A stretch of DNA of 42,888 nucleotides. It comes from Chrysochromulina tobinii. Taxonomy: Eukaryota. Location of the stretch: the NCBI GenBank assembly GCA_001275005.1, contig JWZX01002747.1:1-42888 (forward strand), written 5' to 3'. Below are positions 32,401 through 42,888 of this stretch, piece after piece; position 1 is the stretch's first letter; every line of letters starts with the position of its first letter. A program made the translations under genes and the position numbers. The notes under the pieces were generated by a model. The model saw nothing but the letters and a program-made list of their open reading frames with translations. It did no database searches and had not been told where the DNA came from.

Positions 32401-35400
32401 GATTTCCGATCGGTCGTGACTCAGGAGCGTTCTCCTGAGCGTTCTCGCCCCTTACTCGCCCCTGCTAGCCCCTGTGGGCGTCTGAGTACTATCTGAGTGC
32501 ATCTGATTGCGTGTCGGATGGCCTCTCTCATCAAACTGTCCCGATCCATCATGACTCAGGAGCTCGTCAAGCTGCTTTCTTCACCGGCGGAGTCCGTGCG
32601 TCAGCGCGCCTCCGAGGCGCTACGCGACATGGCGGCTGGCGAGAAGCCAGGCGGACAAAAGGGCGGACGGGTCGTGAACACGGCCAAGGGTGGGGGCGCG
32701 CAGCACACTGGAGGACTGATCAACTTGCTCAAGGATGGGCTCAAGGACGGCAATGTGGAGGCGCAGGAGTACGCTCTCTGGTCGCTCTCGTCGATCACGG
32801 ACGCAGTGTCGCGCGAGGCGATGGTCGCGACGGGTGGCATCCCCGCCCTCATCGCCTCGCTCGTCGGAATGGCCGGTGACGTGGCACTGCTGAGCGACGT
32901 GGCGCAAGAGCATGCAGCGCGCGTCCTCTCGGGCCTCACTCCCATTGGCGACAACGCTCGGGCTGTCAAGGAGGTGGGCGGCATCGGTCCCCTAGTGCTC
33001 CTCCTCACAGTGGGGAACGCCGACGCGAAGGAGCACGCAGCTCACTCTCTCGCGCAGCTCGCTCGTCGGGCGGGTGCCGCCAATGAGATCGCGGAGGCGG
33101 GCGGCGTGTCAGCCTTCGTGGGCTGGCTCGCGGACCCGACGCTCGGTCCGCCGGAGATTGCAGCTCGGGCGCTCTCGGAGATCGCGCTCGAGAATCCCGA
33201 CACGCAGACGCAGATTGCGGAGGAGGGGGCGATCGAGCTGCTGGTCGGGATGATGAGCAGTTGGTCCGTAAAGTACGGCGCCACCTCGACGACCACCATC
33301 ACGACGAACAGGGACGGCCAGATGACGAGCCGAATCACGATGAGTGCGGGCCCCTCGGCCCCGGAAAACAAGTCGGCCACACTCGCCCTGCGCCTTGCCA
33401 TCGATGCGGCCTGGGCGCTTGCCACGCTGGTCAAGGACCACCCGGTCAACCAGATCACCGTCGCCGAAGAGAACGGCATCCCGCCCTTGCTCGATCTCCT
33501 GATGGACGCTCGCACGAGCGCTCAGGAGAGCGCCACCAAGGCCGTGTGGCACCTGGGCCAGTTGGAGGAGAACCAATCCAGCATCCCGCGAGCAGGTGCG
33601 AGCTCCGAGTGCCCTACCCTGACGAACCCTGACGAACCCTGATGAACCCCGATGAACCCTGATGTACCCTGACGAACCCTGACGAACCCTGACGAGCCCT
33701 CACCCCAGCCCGCGAGCTCAGAGAGCCTACCCCAAGCCCTCACCCGAGCCCTCACCCGAGCCCTCACCCTACACAATGCACCCTCCCGTACCCTCCCGTA
33801 CCCTCCCGTACCCTCCCGTGACCTCCCGCTCCAGGCGGCATTGCGCCGCTCATCGTGCTGCTGAGCACGGGCGACGAGATCACGCAGCAGTACACCGCCG
33901 CCGCTCTCGAATCTCTCGCGCGAGATCACCTCGAGAATCAGATCTCCCTCGCCAAGGCGGGCGCGATCGGGCCGCTCGTGACACTGCTCGGCTCGGACTC
34001 GAAGGAAACGCAAGCGCATGCAGTGGGCGCGCTCCTCTTCCTCGCCTCACACGACGAGGAGTCACGCAACGCCGTCGTGCGCCAGCTCGTGATCGTGCTC
34101 GACGTGCGCAACGCCGGCGCGCAGCTCAAAGCAGCGGAGGCTCTCGCTGTCCTGGCCGCCCGTTCGACTGAGAACCGCAAGGCTATCACACACGCAAAGG
34201 CCGTCGAGCCCCTCGTTCGTTTGCTCGGCGACGGCCGACGTGTCCGCTCCGACACTCCGCAGGAGCGCGCGGCGGCCGTGCTTTGCGACCTGGCGAGGCT
34301 AAGCGAGAACAAGCTCGCCATCGTACAGGCGGGCGCCGCAATTCCCCTCGTCCAAATGCTCTCGTCCGAATCGTCCAAGGCGGCGACGCATGCTGCAGGC
34401 GCGCTCTGGTTCCTCGCTGCCATCGGCACCAACAAGGAGAAGATCGCCGCGGCGGGCGGCATCGCGCCGCTCGTGGCGCTGCTCGCACATGGCACCGCCG
34501 AGGCGCAGCGCTTTGCCGCCGGCGCTCTGTGGCACCTTGCCGCCGTCGGCGACAACAAGAGCGCCATGGTGGGCGCCGGTGCTATCCCGCCGCTCGTGGC
34601 GCTGCTTGCGAGCGAGTCCGCGGAGGCGAGCGAGTACGCCGCGGCCGTGCTCTCAATGCTGGCACGCAGCCAGGGCGGCCCAAAGAAGGCGATCGTGCAA
34701 GCGGGCGGCGTCGCGCCTCTCGTCGCACTCCTCTCCGACCAGGTGTGATGACCACTGATGACCTCTGATTGCCTCTGATTGCCTCCCTCATCAGAGAAGC
34801 AACGGCAGCGCTCCTCTCCGACCATGTGTACTTTCCTCGGAGTGTGTCTTGGAGGGTGCCTCGGAGTGCATCGACTCGTCATTGCACTGGATGACTTCTG
34901 ACCCCACATCTGATTGCGATTATGATCTGATTGTGAACGGATTGCGATCTGATTGCGATCTGATTGCGATCTGATTGCGATCTGATTGCGATCTGATTGC
35001 GATATGTGCGCTCACCCTCTCATCCAATCTGATCCTATCTCCTTCGATCTCACTCCCTCTCTCCCATTCAGTCCGTGATGACGCAGCGCCACTCGGCGTG
35101 TACACTCTGGGGACTGTCCGAAGGTAAGGAGGGCGTGTACGACAAAGAGATCGTCGAGGAAGGTGCCATCCAGCCCCTCATCCAGATGTTGATGAGGAAT
35201 CACGCAGAGACACGTGGCTTCGCCGCCGCATGCCTGCTCTGCGTGTGCAACGACGCGGCGGCTCGAGACGCCATACGAACAAGCGGAGGCTCGGAGATCT
35301 GGCTCTCTCTCGCGCAGACGCCGTCCAAGTGGCTGCGGAGCCAGGCCATCGAGATGCTCCGATTGCTCGAGATCCCGTACGTGCCCCCATTGATTGCCCC

Positions 35401-36307
35401 TCTGGATCGCTCCCTTGAGTGCCCCTTGTGTGCCCCTTGAGTGCCCCTTGAGTGCCCCTTGAGTGCCCCTTGAGTGCCCCTTGATTGCCCCTTGAGTGCC
35501 CCTTGATTGCCCCTTGAGTGCCCCTTGAGTGCCCCTTGATGGTCTCTGAGTGTCCCTCGAGCGCGCAGGTTCCACTCGCCTGATGAGCACCTCAATATGA
35601 CGACGAGCCCTCGAGCTGCGCCACCGGGCAGCCCCGGCCGTGCCCTCGGCATGGGAGCCTCCTCGTCCGCGGCACTGCTCTCCGCCTTCCCCGTCGTGGC
35701 GACGAAGACGCTCCCCGTTCGCGAAGACGCGAGTGTCGACCCCGACAAGGTGTGCCCGAGATTGAGCCCGAGATTGAGCCCGAGATTGAGCGAGCTCCAC
35801 CAGGAAGAGACCCGAGTGCTGCTAATTGCCACTGATTGCCACTCGTCATCAGGCGAACCCGAGATTGAGCGAGCTCCACAAGGGAGATACCGCGTACATC
35901 ATCGAGCGGCGCGAGGTGGTCCCTGGCACTTTCCGAGCGCGTGTCGCCTTCGAGAGCGCGACGAGCGTCCCCGCGGGCTGGGTCACGTGCGCCAAGGACG
36001 GTGCGGACTTTTTGATCTCGGAGAGCGCGTACGCGCAGGTGATCGCTTACGAGGAGTACCTCTGCTCTGATGTGTGATCGCCCCTGATGGCCCCCTGAGG
36101 GTAGAAGGGTGCAGGAGACACTCGAGACTACTCCAGACTGACTTTCTGATCTCGTTCTGATCTCGCCATGATCTCGTATGCTCGCAGCTCACGCTCGGCA
36201 CGACGCCTATTCACGTCAAGATGCGGTTCCACGTCTTCTCGTTCCAGCTGCACGCGAATACCTACAACTCGGAACGCCTCCCCGATCGAGACTTCTTTAC
36301 TGACTGA
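23424..36307 (+). CDS. Giant armadillo-repeat protein (~3300 aa) with an internal EF-hand pair and a small C-terminal beta-rich domain. Exons 23424-24308, 24544-25524, 25613-26002, 26138-26250, 26425-26967, 27054-27225, 27378-28382, 28558-29176, 29311-29424, 29552-29775, 29892-30890, 31046-31702, 31818-32288, 32560-33595, 33835-34742, 35072-35376, 35569-35749, 35853-36038, 36188-36307
   Basis: Dozens of ARM repeats (AGGIxPLVxLL...AAGALWxLA..N..NQ) across consecutive + strand ORFs. Splice phases are consistent and the exon total is 9909 nt. EF-hands FRVLDTQATGSITVEVL and VDENGDGELQLGEF. Confidence 0.85.
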
Positions 36308-37077
36308 GTGCGTGCGCAGTGGCGAGGGAGGAACAGCGGCATCACGCGGCTCACACGTGGATCATATCGGATGTTCAATGCGGATGTTACGGCGGTTTGT
36401 CGTCAACATGTGGTGTGTGTCGTGTAGCGCACAGTCTACCAAGGGTTGAGTCTACTCTAAGTTAAGCACTTAACGCGGTTATGAAGGGCAGAGAGGGCGA
36501 GAGACGATGATCCAAATCCCGCTACACTCGATGCGCTCATCACGGCGTTTGTCACGACTAAGTTCGTGACGAAATCCAGTCTGAGTCGGAGGGTCTCCGG
36601 AGGATCCGAAATCGAGACGAAATTCGATTTGTTCCCTCTCAGGCTTCCACACCGACTCCAATGGTGCGGATCAGCGATCCTCTCCGCCCCTCTCTCCGTG
36701 GCCCTCACCCTTCGCCGCACCTGTGTCAGTCAGAAGTCTGTGTATTCGGTACACAAGCTAGTGTACCGAGTGTCCGGGCACGGGGACTATAGGTCCTGCC
36801 CGGGGTCGCATGCGGTGGGGCCCCGCCACGCGTCTCGTCAACGGCTGACGAAACCGAGGTTTCGTCAACGGCCAGACGGGGCGCGCGGCCGGGCAGGTTA
36901 CGCTACGCGCCTAACGGCAACGGCTAACCGCCCACCGCCACCAGGAGGTGTTTCATTCTAATCAAGATAAACGAACAACAACTCTGACATCATAAAAGGA
37001 TATTTGCATGCAGGTATGGGGTCTCATTCGGGCGTGTCGGCTGCATGCAAAATCAACTTCCGGGCGGAAGAGCCTCC

Positions 37078-38121
37078 ATGGCGGAAATCGACGCCGGTGC
37101 GTGGCTTTGCAGCGCTTCGCCGGCCGTGGCAGTGCTATTCTTTGGAGGGCTACGGAGCGCATGGCTTCCCAGGCGAACTCTCACCGACAACGTGGTCGGT
37201 CCCCTCGAGCTATCCTTCGGAGGAGGAGTAGATGTCTTCGTGCACGCGATGCTCACGCCTGAGCTTAATAGCATGCGGAGCGGCGAGCTGAATCTATCGG
37301 TTGATCTGTCAAGCTTCTCTGCCCTCGGTCCAGCCTGCCGCTACGCCTCTGACGACCAGGACGAGATCGACAGAACTGTTCTTGCATCCTACCACAACTC
37401 GCCGCACGCGAAGTGGGAGCTGAGTACATTCGAGGCGGTTGACAAGGCGAATGTGTTCCGAGCTTGGTACAGCCTTCAACGCGCCGCGCAGCTCGCACGG
37501 GCGCACGAGGCGAAATTTGGCATCACGTACCGTTATGTAGCGGCCGTTCGCTCCGACACGGCTGTGTACTCGCCGCTGAGACTCCCACCGGAGGCTCTCG
37601 CCATCTTCTTTGGCGAGGGCTCCAATAATACGATTCTGCTGCCGCACTACCAGCACTGGCACGGGCTAAATGATCGCTTCGCCTTCGGCCAGCGCCGCAT
37701 CCTCCTCGACGTCTATGCAGAGCAGCTCACGTTCGCCAAGGAAGAACACCTGCTGCGCGTCAAGAACACCGAGGCCTTCCTTTGCCAGGTGCTGCAGCGC
37801 GCGAGGGCGCAAGTGCTGCTCGCGGATATCTGGGTCGTCCGCGTGCGCGCCGACGGGCTGTGCAGCGCGCGCGACCTCATCTTGCCCGTAGAGACTAGAT
37901 TGCCTTCCTGCTTCAAGTCGGCGACCCTCGTCGCACTGCCTCGGGCCAGCATCGACTCTCCTGATCCCCGCGGAAAGAGGCATCTCTTTCCGTCGGCTCA
38001 GCTCCACACTCGGGCACAGTGCCCGCATCATGCCTCGCGTAACGGCTCCACGCTGGCAGTGGCTGCCACGCTCGCTGCGAAAGAAGCACCAGTGGCGCAC
38101 GCAATGAGCTCATTGCCATGA
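37078..38121 (+). CDS. Uncharacterised protein, possibly glycosyltransferase-like
   Basis: Single ORF with motifs AVLFFGGLRS, VDVFVH, YRYVAAVRSD, HGLNDRFAFG. The function is an inference. An alternative ATG lies at 37045. Confidence 0.6.
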   Translation: MAEIDAGAWLCSASPAVAVLFFGGLRSAWLPRRTLTDNVVGPLELSFGGGVDVFVHAMLTPELNSMRSGELNLSVDLSSFSALGPACRYASDDQDEIDRTVLASYHNSPHAKWELSTFEAVDKANVFRAWYSLQRAAQLARAHEAKFGITYRYVAAVRSDTAVYSPLRLPPEALAIFFGEGSNNTILLPHYQHWHGLNDRFAFGQRRILLDVYAEQLTFAKEEHLLRVKNTEAFLCQVLQRARAQVLLADIWVVRVRADGLCSARDLILPVETRLPSCFKSATLVALPRASIDSPDPRGKRHLFPSAQLHTRAQCPHHASRNGSTLAVAATLAAKEAPVAHAMSSLP

Positions 38122-38477
38122 GCCTGCCAACAGGCGTTACAGTACAGGGTTTCAGATGTAAGATCATGGCGGTGCTGGCAGGATTGGTCGCTATGCTGCT
38201 GGGCGCGATGACGAGCCCACGCAATCACGAATAAGGTGACCCAGCAAGCGTGGCGTCGGATCATGCGTCGGACAGGCCTGTAGTGTGATCGTGCGGTTTC
38301 GACGGTATGGTCGACGGTTCGCGGGTGCGCAATGCGCATGTTGATCTCGAGGGCGAAAAGTGGCCTCATCGTAGTAACGCACACATTGTATATGGTCTCG
38401 CGGGGCATGCAAGTGCAGACTGCCTGTGTACTGTTAGATTCTATCCGGATAATTCCTCCTCTTTTGTGGGGGGTGCG

Positions 38478-38510
38478 AGTAAGGGGGTAGGTCAGACCTA
38501 CCCCCTTACT
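38478..38510. repeat. Perfect 33-bp palindrome (16-bp arms)
   Basis: agtaagggggtaggtc-a-gacctacccccttact. Confidence 0.95.
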
Positions 38511-39228
38511 TGTTACTAAGGGTCAGAACCGAAAGCAAGGGCTGGTTCGGCAGGGAGTATATTTACGGGATTCGTCCTGTCCACGTGACTCCGCCACCTC
38601 TCCGCCGCTGCCATGCCGCCGCTCGATCAATTTGCCAATTCATTTGCGGGCAACCGCACCAACCCAACCCTACCGCCGGGCTTGACCAGCCCCAACCAAT
38701 TTTCCGGATCCCCGACACCAAATCGAATGGAGCCCCGCCACGACAATTACTGCCAGATCCCGCAATTGCTATCGATCGATGGATTGAGTCGAGCTTGTCA
38801 GTCAGCCGTGACTACAGTGTTGAGTCTACAGTGTTGAGTCTAAGGGTTGAGTCTACAGTGTACAGTCGCCCCGCCTCTCAAACGCCGCACAACATGCTAT
38901 CTCCTAAGTCCTATCACCTATCTGCATCGTTCGTCAAGTATTTTGCGCGTTTAGCTTCATGGGTTAGCTTACATGTTTGACACAGACTTGTTTCAATTCT
39001 GAATTTTACGCGCCAGGTCACAGCTTTACACAGTTGACGGCGTACGGCGGGGGAGACGTCTGAGATCAGGTGCAACGCAGAGGGCGAAGGGGCGGACCAC
39101 GCCACCCTCGCTTTGAGCACCCATGGAAGGCCTCCAACCTCCGCACCAACCTCGCCAAAACGTCGGGTCTCCTCGCCTACCAGGGATGTCAATTGTTCTG
39201 TGACTGTCGCGTCGATAGTGCAGCGCGG

Positions 39229-39231
<3 letters not shown>

Positions 39232-39259
<28 letters not shown>
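39232..39259. repeat. (CT)n microsatellite
   Basis: Directly visible. Confidence 0.95.
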
Positions 39260-39263
<4 letters not shown>

Positions 39264-39364
39264 ACTGCGTCCTTTCGCCTTTTGGCCGCTCCGCTCTGCC
39301 AAGCACCGGCAGCGGGTACGCTCTGCATGCATACCCATGACGTCACGCTCCGTCATGCGCGCTC

Positions 39365-39781
39365 TCAGTGGATGAGAAGGTGCGCGGGCGCCTTGCTCGG
39401 CGAGGCCGGCGCCTGCGACTCGAGCTCATCCAGGGTCGGTCCAGGCATCTTCCAATAGTTGTACGAATTGTAGCTCTCCTCGACCGAGACCCTCTTCGAA
39501 CCTTGGCGCCAGAAGTTGAACTCATTGTAATCCTCAGCATCCTCCTCGCCACGCGTCGCCTGGTGCGGGCTGCCCGAGAAAGGCCGCTTGAACTCCGCGT
39601 CCACATCCACGGGCGCTACCACGAAGAGGCCTGCCTTCTTCTCGGGTGAGACGGGCGGCGTCGCGACGCTACCGATCCCGCGCCCGCTCATGCCGCCGGT
39701 GAAGATTCCCAGGATGGCTTTGCCTGCTTGGTCCGTCAATTCTGTGACGGGCTTCAGGAAGTTGGCTGGGGTCGTGGACAT
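39365..39781 (-). CDS. Small disordered protein with two YNx(F/Y)N(F/Y)W(R/K) motifs
   Basis: 138 aa from MSTT, with GC3-rich codons; motifs DYNEFNFWRQ and SYNSYNYWKMP. Confidence 0.6.
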   Translation of the reverse strand: MSTTPANFLKPVTELTDQAGKAILGIFTGGMSGRGIGSVATPPVSPEKKAGLFVVAPVDVDAEFKRPFSGSPHQATRGEEDAEDYNEFNFWRQGSKRVSVEESYNSYNYWKMPGPTLDELESQAPASPSKAPAHLLIH

Positions 39782-40185
39782 TGGAACGGAGCGCTCTCGG
39801 CGATGACACCTTCTCGACGAGGCTTGCGTCGCTTTGCAACGAAACTTGCCAAGTTTGAACGATTGGTAACAGTTTTGACACTGGAATTTCACATTGTCAT
39901 AGAGACGGGGCTGGCGCGCGACTTGCCGCGCCTACTGAGGGGGAAAACCGGTCCGACTCCCAGAGTGACTGCCTTGGTGCTTGGTGTCGGTCCACGTCCA
40001 TGTCCCAACACCCACATGCCGCTGGCCGCTCATCCAACTGCTCTGTCCCCAATGTCTCTATCCCTGTCCGCCTCCTCTCCCCGAGCCGTCACCGTTCCGC
40101 CAGCCGCCGCCAGCCGCCGCGAGCCGCGCGCGCATCGCCCCTCGGTCTATCGCCTCCCCCTCCCTGCTGCCCTCCTCAGCCCTCA

Positions 40186-41814
40186 TCAGCCCAGCATCTT
40201 CGATAGGCCGTCGGCGGCGGCGCCGAGCAGCCCACGCGCCGCCGGGGTCGCCGCCGGATCGGGCTGCATGCATTTCTCCCACTTGGAGCGCAGCAAGTCG
40301 TGGTCAAGGTCGCGACCGATGAAGACGCACTTGGAGATCTTTGGCTCGTCCTTGGCCCACGGCTCGAGCGCGGTCGTGTACTGGATCTGCTCATGGACGC
40401 CCTGGAAGATGAAGCGTGCGTCCCCCTCCTCCACAAAGGCGAGCACCCCCTTGGACCGGTAGAGATCCCTCGCCTTCGTGCGCAGCAGCTCGGACATGAA
40501 CGCGTTGAATTGGGCGGAAAGTAACGGCCGATCCGCCGTGAGCCCGAGAGACCCGACTCCCGACAGGTCGTGCTTCTTCCTGCGCTTGCGCACGCCCTCG
40601 TCGTGCCCGTGGGCCACGTCGGGCATGCACTCCTCCACTCCGCCCGCCGCGCTGCCGGAGCCACCGCCGGAGCTGTGCCCGTGATCACTCTGCTCGGCAT
40701 GGCCATGATCGCTGATGTCCGCGTGCCCGTGGTCGGTCTCGGCGCAGTCGGGGTCGTGGTCTGTCTCGTGCCCGTGCTCGACGGCATGGTCGTGCTCGGG
40801 TGTGCCGACCTCCGGGAAGTTCTTGTACGACTTGCCCGGCATCGGGATGAAGTTCATCGGTTCGAGCTCGACCTCATACTCGTCCAGGTTCGCGTTCATG
40901 CGCTCGATCGAGAAGGAGGCGATGTTCATCACTTTCTCGACCGGAACGCGCGATCTCTCCGTCTCGATGAGCTCGGCAAAGGAGTTGATCGAGTTGATCT
41001 GCTCCTTGAGCTCCTTGAGCTCCTCCTTGGTCACCAGGTCGATCTTGTTCAGCAGCACGCGGTCCGCGAACGCAATCTGGCAGACGCTCTCGTTGATCGC
41101 ATCCTCCTGACGCGCCTCGTTCAAGTGAGCTGCGACGTACTTGCAGTCGACGACGGCAATGACGCCGTCCACGCGGAAGTGGTTGGAGATCGAGGCGGAC
41201 TGCGTAAACGTCGCCACCACCGGCGCCGGGTTCGCCATCCCCGTCGTCTCGACGATCACGAGGTCAAAGTCGTGGCGCCGCTCCTTGAGCTGCGAGAGCG
41301 CCTTCAAGAGGTCGCCGCGCACCGTGCAGCACGCGCAGCCGTTGTCGAGCGAGATGATCTCCTCAGCGACGTTCAGGTTCTCCTTGACCAGCGCCGTGTC
41401 GATATCGACGCTGCCGAACTCGTTCTCGATGACGCACACCTTCTGCCCCGTCTTGTTGGTCAGGATGTGGTTGATGAGCGTGGTCTTGCCCGCGCCCAGG
41501 AAGCCCGTGATGATGGTGACAGGCGTCTTATCGGCGTCGGGCACGTCCTCCATAAACTCCTCCTCCTCGTCACGGATGCCGGGCTCGTCGAAGAGCTGCC
41601 GGACGACGCGGTCCTCGTCCGCGGGCGCAAAGATGAGCTTCTTGTCGTCGAGCAGCACCTGGTACGGCACGCACATGCCCTCGGGAAAGGAGCGCTGCGT
41701 ATAAAAGTGCTTGACGATAGTGCCAGCCTTCCACTGGCCGCAGTTGCACTCGACGCGAGTGCCGATTGGGAAGCGCAGCGTAATGGAGTCGACGTCTGCC
41801 AGTCTGATGGACAT
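40186..41814 (-). CDS. cobW: COG0523/CobW-family G3E GTPase metallochaperone with a His-rich loop and an extra N-terminal domain
   Basis: ITGFLGAGKTT, VIENEFG, NGCACCT, VETTGMANP, QIAFAD..LLNKIDL, His-rich segment, CobW_C (KHD..V.S, LYRSKG, FQGVH, VFIGR). The symbol is a family label, not an orthology claim. Confidence 0.92.
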   Translation of the reverse strand: MSIRLADVDSITLRFPIGTRVECNCGQWKAGTIVKHFYTQRSFPEGMCVPYQVLLDDKKLIFAPADEDRVVRQLFDEPGIRDEEEEFMEDVPDADKTPVTIITGFLGAGKTTLINHILTNKTGQKVCVIENEFGSVDIDTALVKENLNVAEEIISLDNGCACCTVRGDLLKALSQLKERRHDFDLVIVETTGMANPAPVVATFTQSASISNHFRVDGVIAVVDCKYVAAHLNEARQEDAINESVCQIAFADRVLLNKIDLVTKEELKELKEQINSINSFAELIETERSRVPVEKVMNIASFSIERMNANLDEYEVELEPMNFIPMPGKSYKNFPEVGTPEHDHAVEHGHETDHDPDCAETDHGHADISDHGHAEQSDHGHSSGGGSGSAAGGVEECMPDVAHGHDEGVRKRRKKHDLSGVGSLGLTADRPLLSAQFNAFMSELLRTKARDLYRSKGVLAFVEEGDARFIFQGVHEQIQYTTALEPWAKDEPKISKCVFIGRDLDHDLLRSKWEKCMQPDPAATPAARGLLGAAADGLSKMLG

Positions 41815-42045
41815 GTGTGCTCGGGAGCCGCGACGCACTTCGAGACACGTAAGTGGCAGCACTGCTGCCGATCCTCTGTGGGGAACGGGCAGGAACACAA
41901 TTTACCTGAAAGAGTCATCTTCCGAGTCACCCTGCGGTGAGTCGGCATTCGTGGTACGTGTAGTTTCGGCAATTTTGACTAATTTTGCCTGAAACCGTCC
42001 TGCTCCCGCGCTGTGCCCCCGCCGCCTACGCCGCACCACCGCACC

Positions 42046-42332
42046 ATGACTTCGCGGGCAGCTCGTCGCGCGGCGGCGGCAGTTGGCGTCGCCGCCACCA
42101 TGACAAACGCGGCAGCTGCAGGTGATGCTACCGGCGCTGCTGCTGTCATACAGGCAACATCGCCATCTGATGCTTCTTCTTTGCCAGCGTCAGCACCGTC
42201 GCTTTCACGACGGCGCGCTGCGGCCTCCGGCACTGCCGCCGCCCCGGCCGCGGCGCCAGCTGCCAACGCAGCCGACGCCTCCGACGCTACTTCTGAGGAT
42301 CCATCCCCACGCAGCCAGCGCTCCAAGGCAGC

Positions 42333-42366
<34 letters not shown>

Positions 42367-42888
42367 GTCGCTCCAGCATCGGCCGATCCTACTGAAACGG
42401 CTTTGCGCCCCAGCCCCAGCCCCAGCAGCCGCCGCAGCAAGGCTTCGTTGGCCGAGGCGCCGGCCGCATCCTCGACGCGCTCGTTCGCTGCTCCCATGCC
42501 CATCGACGAAGCGATCCCTAAAATGGACATCGGGGACCAGGTGGAAGAGCTCCTCGAGGAGGAGGAGGAGGCGGCCGCCGCCGCTCCGAGCGCGGCGGCA
42601 GCGAATCCCGCGCGCGCTGCGCCTGCGCCTGCCGCTTCCGTTGCGATCGCCGCTCCCACGCCGGTCGCTCCCGCGCCGGGTAGCGCTTCCTTTCGCTCGC
42701 GCCGCGGCTCCTTGACGGCATCTCTAGGCAAGGCATCGGCGGTCGCTGCGTTCGCTGTCATCGGCGACAGTATCGATGCCTCTGTCGGCGGCGGCAGCGG
42801 CGGCGTGAGCGGCGGCGGCAGCTGCGGCGGCAGCGGCGGCGGCAGCGGCGGCGGCAGCGGCGGCGGCAGCGGCGATGCCGGCGGCGGC
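42046..42888 (+). CDS. 5' part of a low-complexity Ala/Ser/Gly-rich protein, truncated by the window end
   Basis: ATG at 42046 opens a stop-free frame (MTSRAARRAAAAVG...MPIDEAIPKMDIGDQVEELLEEEEE...GGGSGGGS) to the end of the window; divergent from the CobW gene. Confidence 0.5.

Noticed and set aside
41979..42761. Minus-strand 260-aa ORF
   Set aside because: Probably the mirror of the + strand low-complexity frame from 42046; the strand call is only moderately secure.

Overview
GC-rich, intron-containing eukaryotic DNA; a haptophyte-like alga is inferred from composition and intron style, not proven. About 13 protein-coding genes plus two doubtful ones; no rRNA, tRNA, CRISPR array or intact transposon was recognised. 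Left to right: FAD-dependent oxidoreductase; PP2C phosphatase-protein kinase fusion; PP2C-F-box-repeat protein with a frameshift; small Ala-rich protein; the main finding, an 8-exon minus-strand gene (10671-17105, ~1658 aa) joining a degenerate NSDHL/ERG26-like domain, a complete sterol 14-alpha-demethylase (CYP51) and a complete NADPH-cytochrome P450 reductase, i.e. a candidate self-sufficient CYP51; F-box remnant; probable plastid protein; RING-TPR protein; GNAT acetyltransferase; ~3300 aa, ~19-exon armadillo-repeat protein with EF-hands; uncharacterised protein; small motif protein; COG0523/CobW GTPase; and a low-complexity ORF running off the end. Many introns carry copies of their own exon junctions and are filled with branch-point-like tandem repeats, and two appear to use non-canonical GA-AG splice sites. 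All exon models were built by eye and need RNA-seq confirmation.
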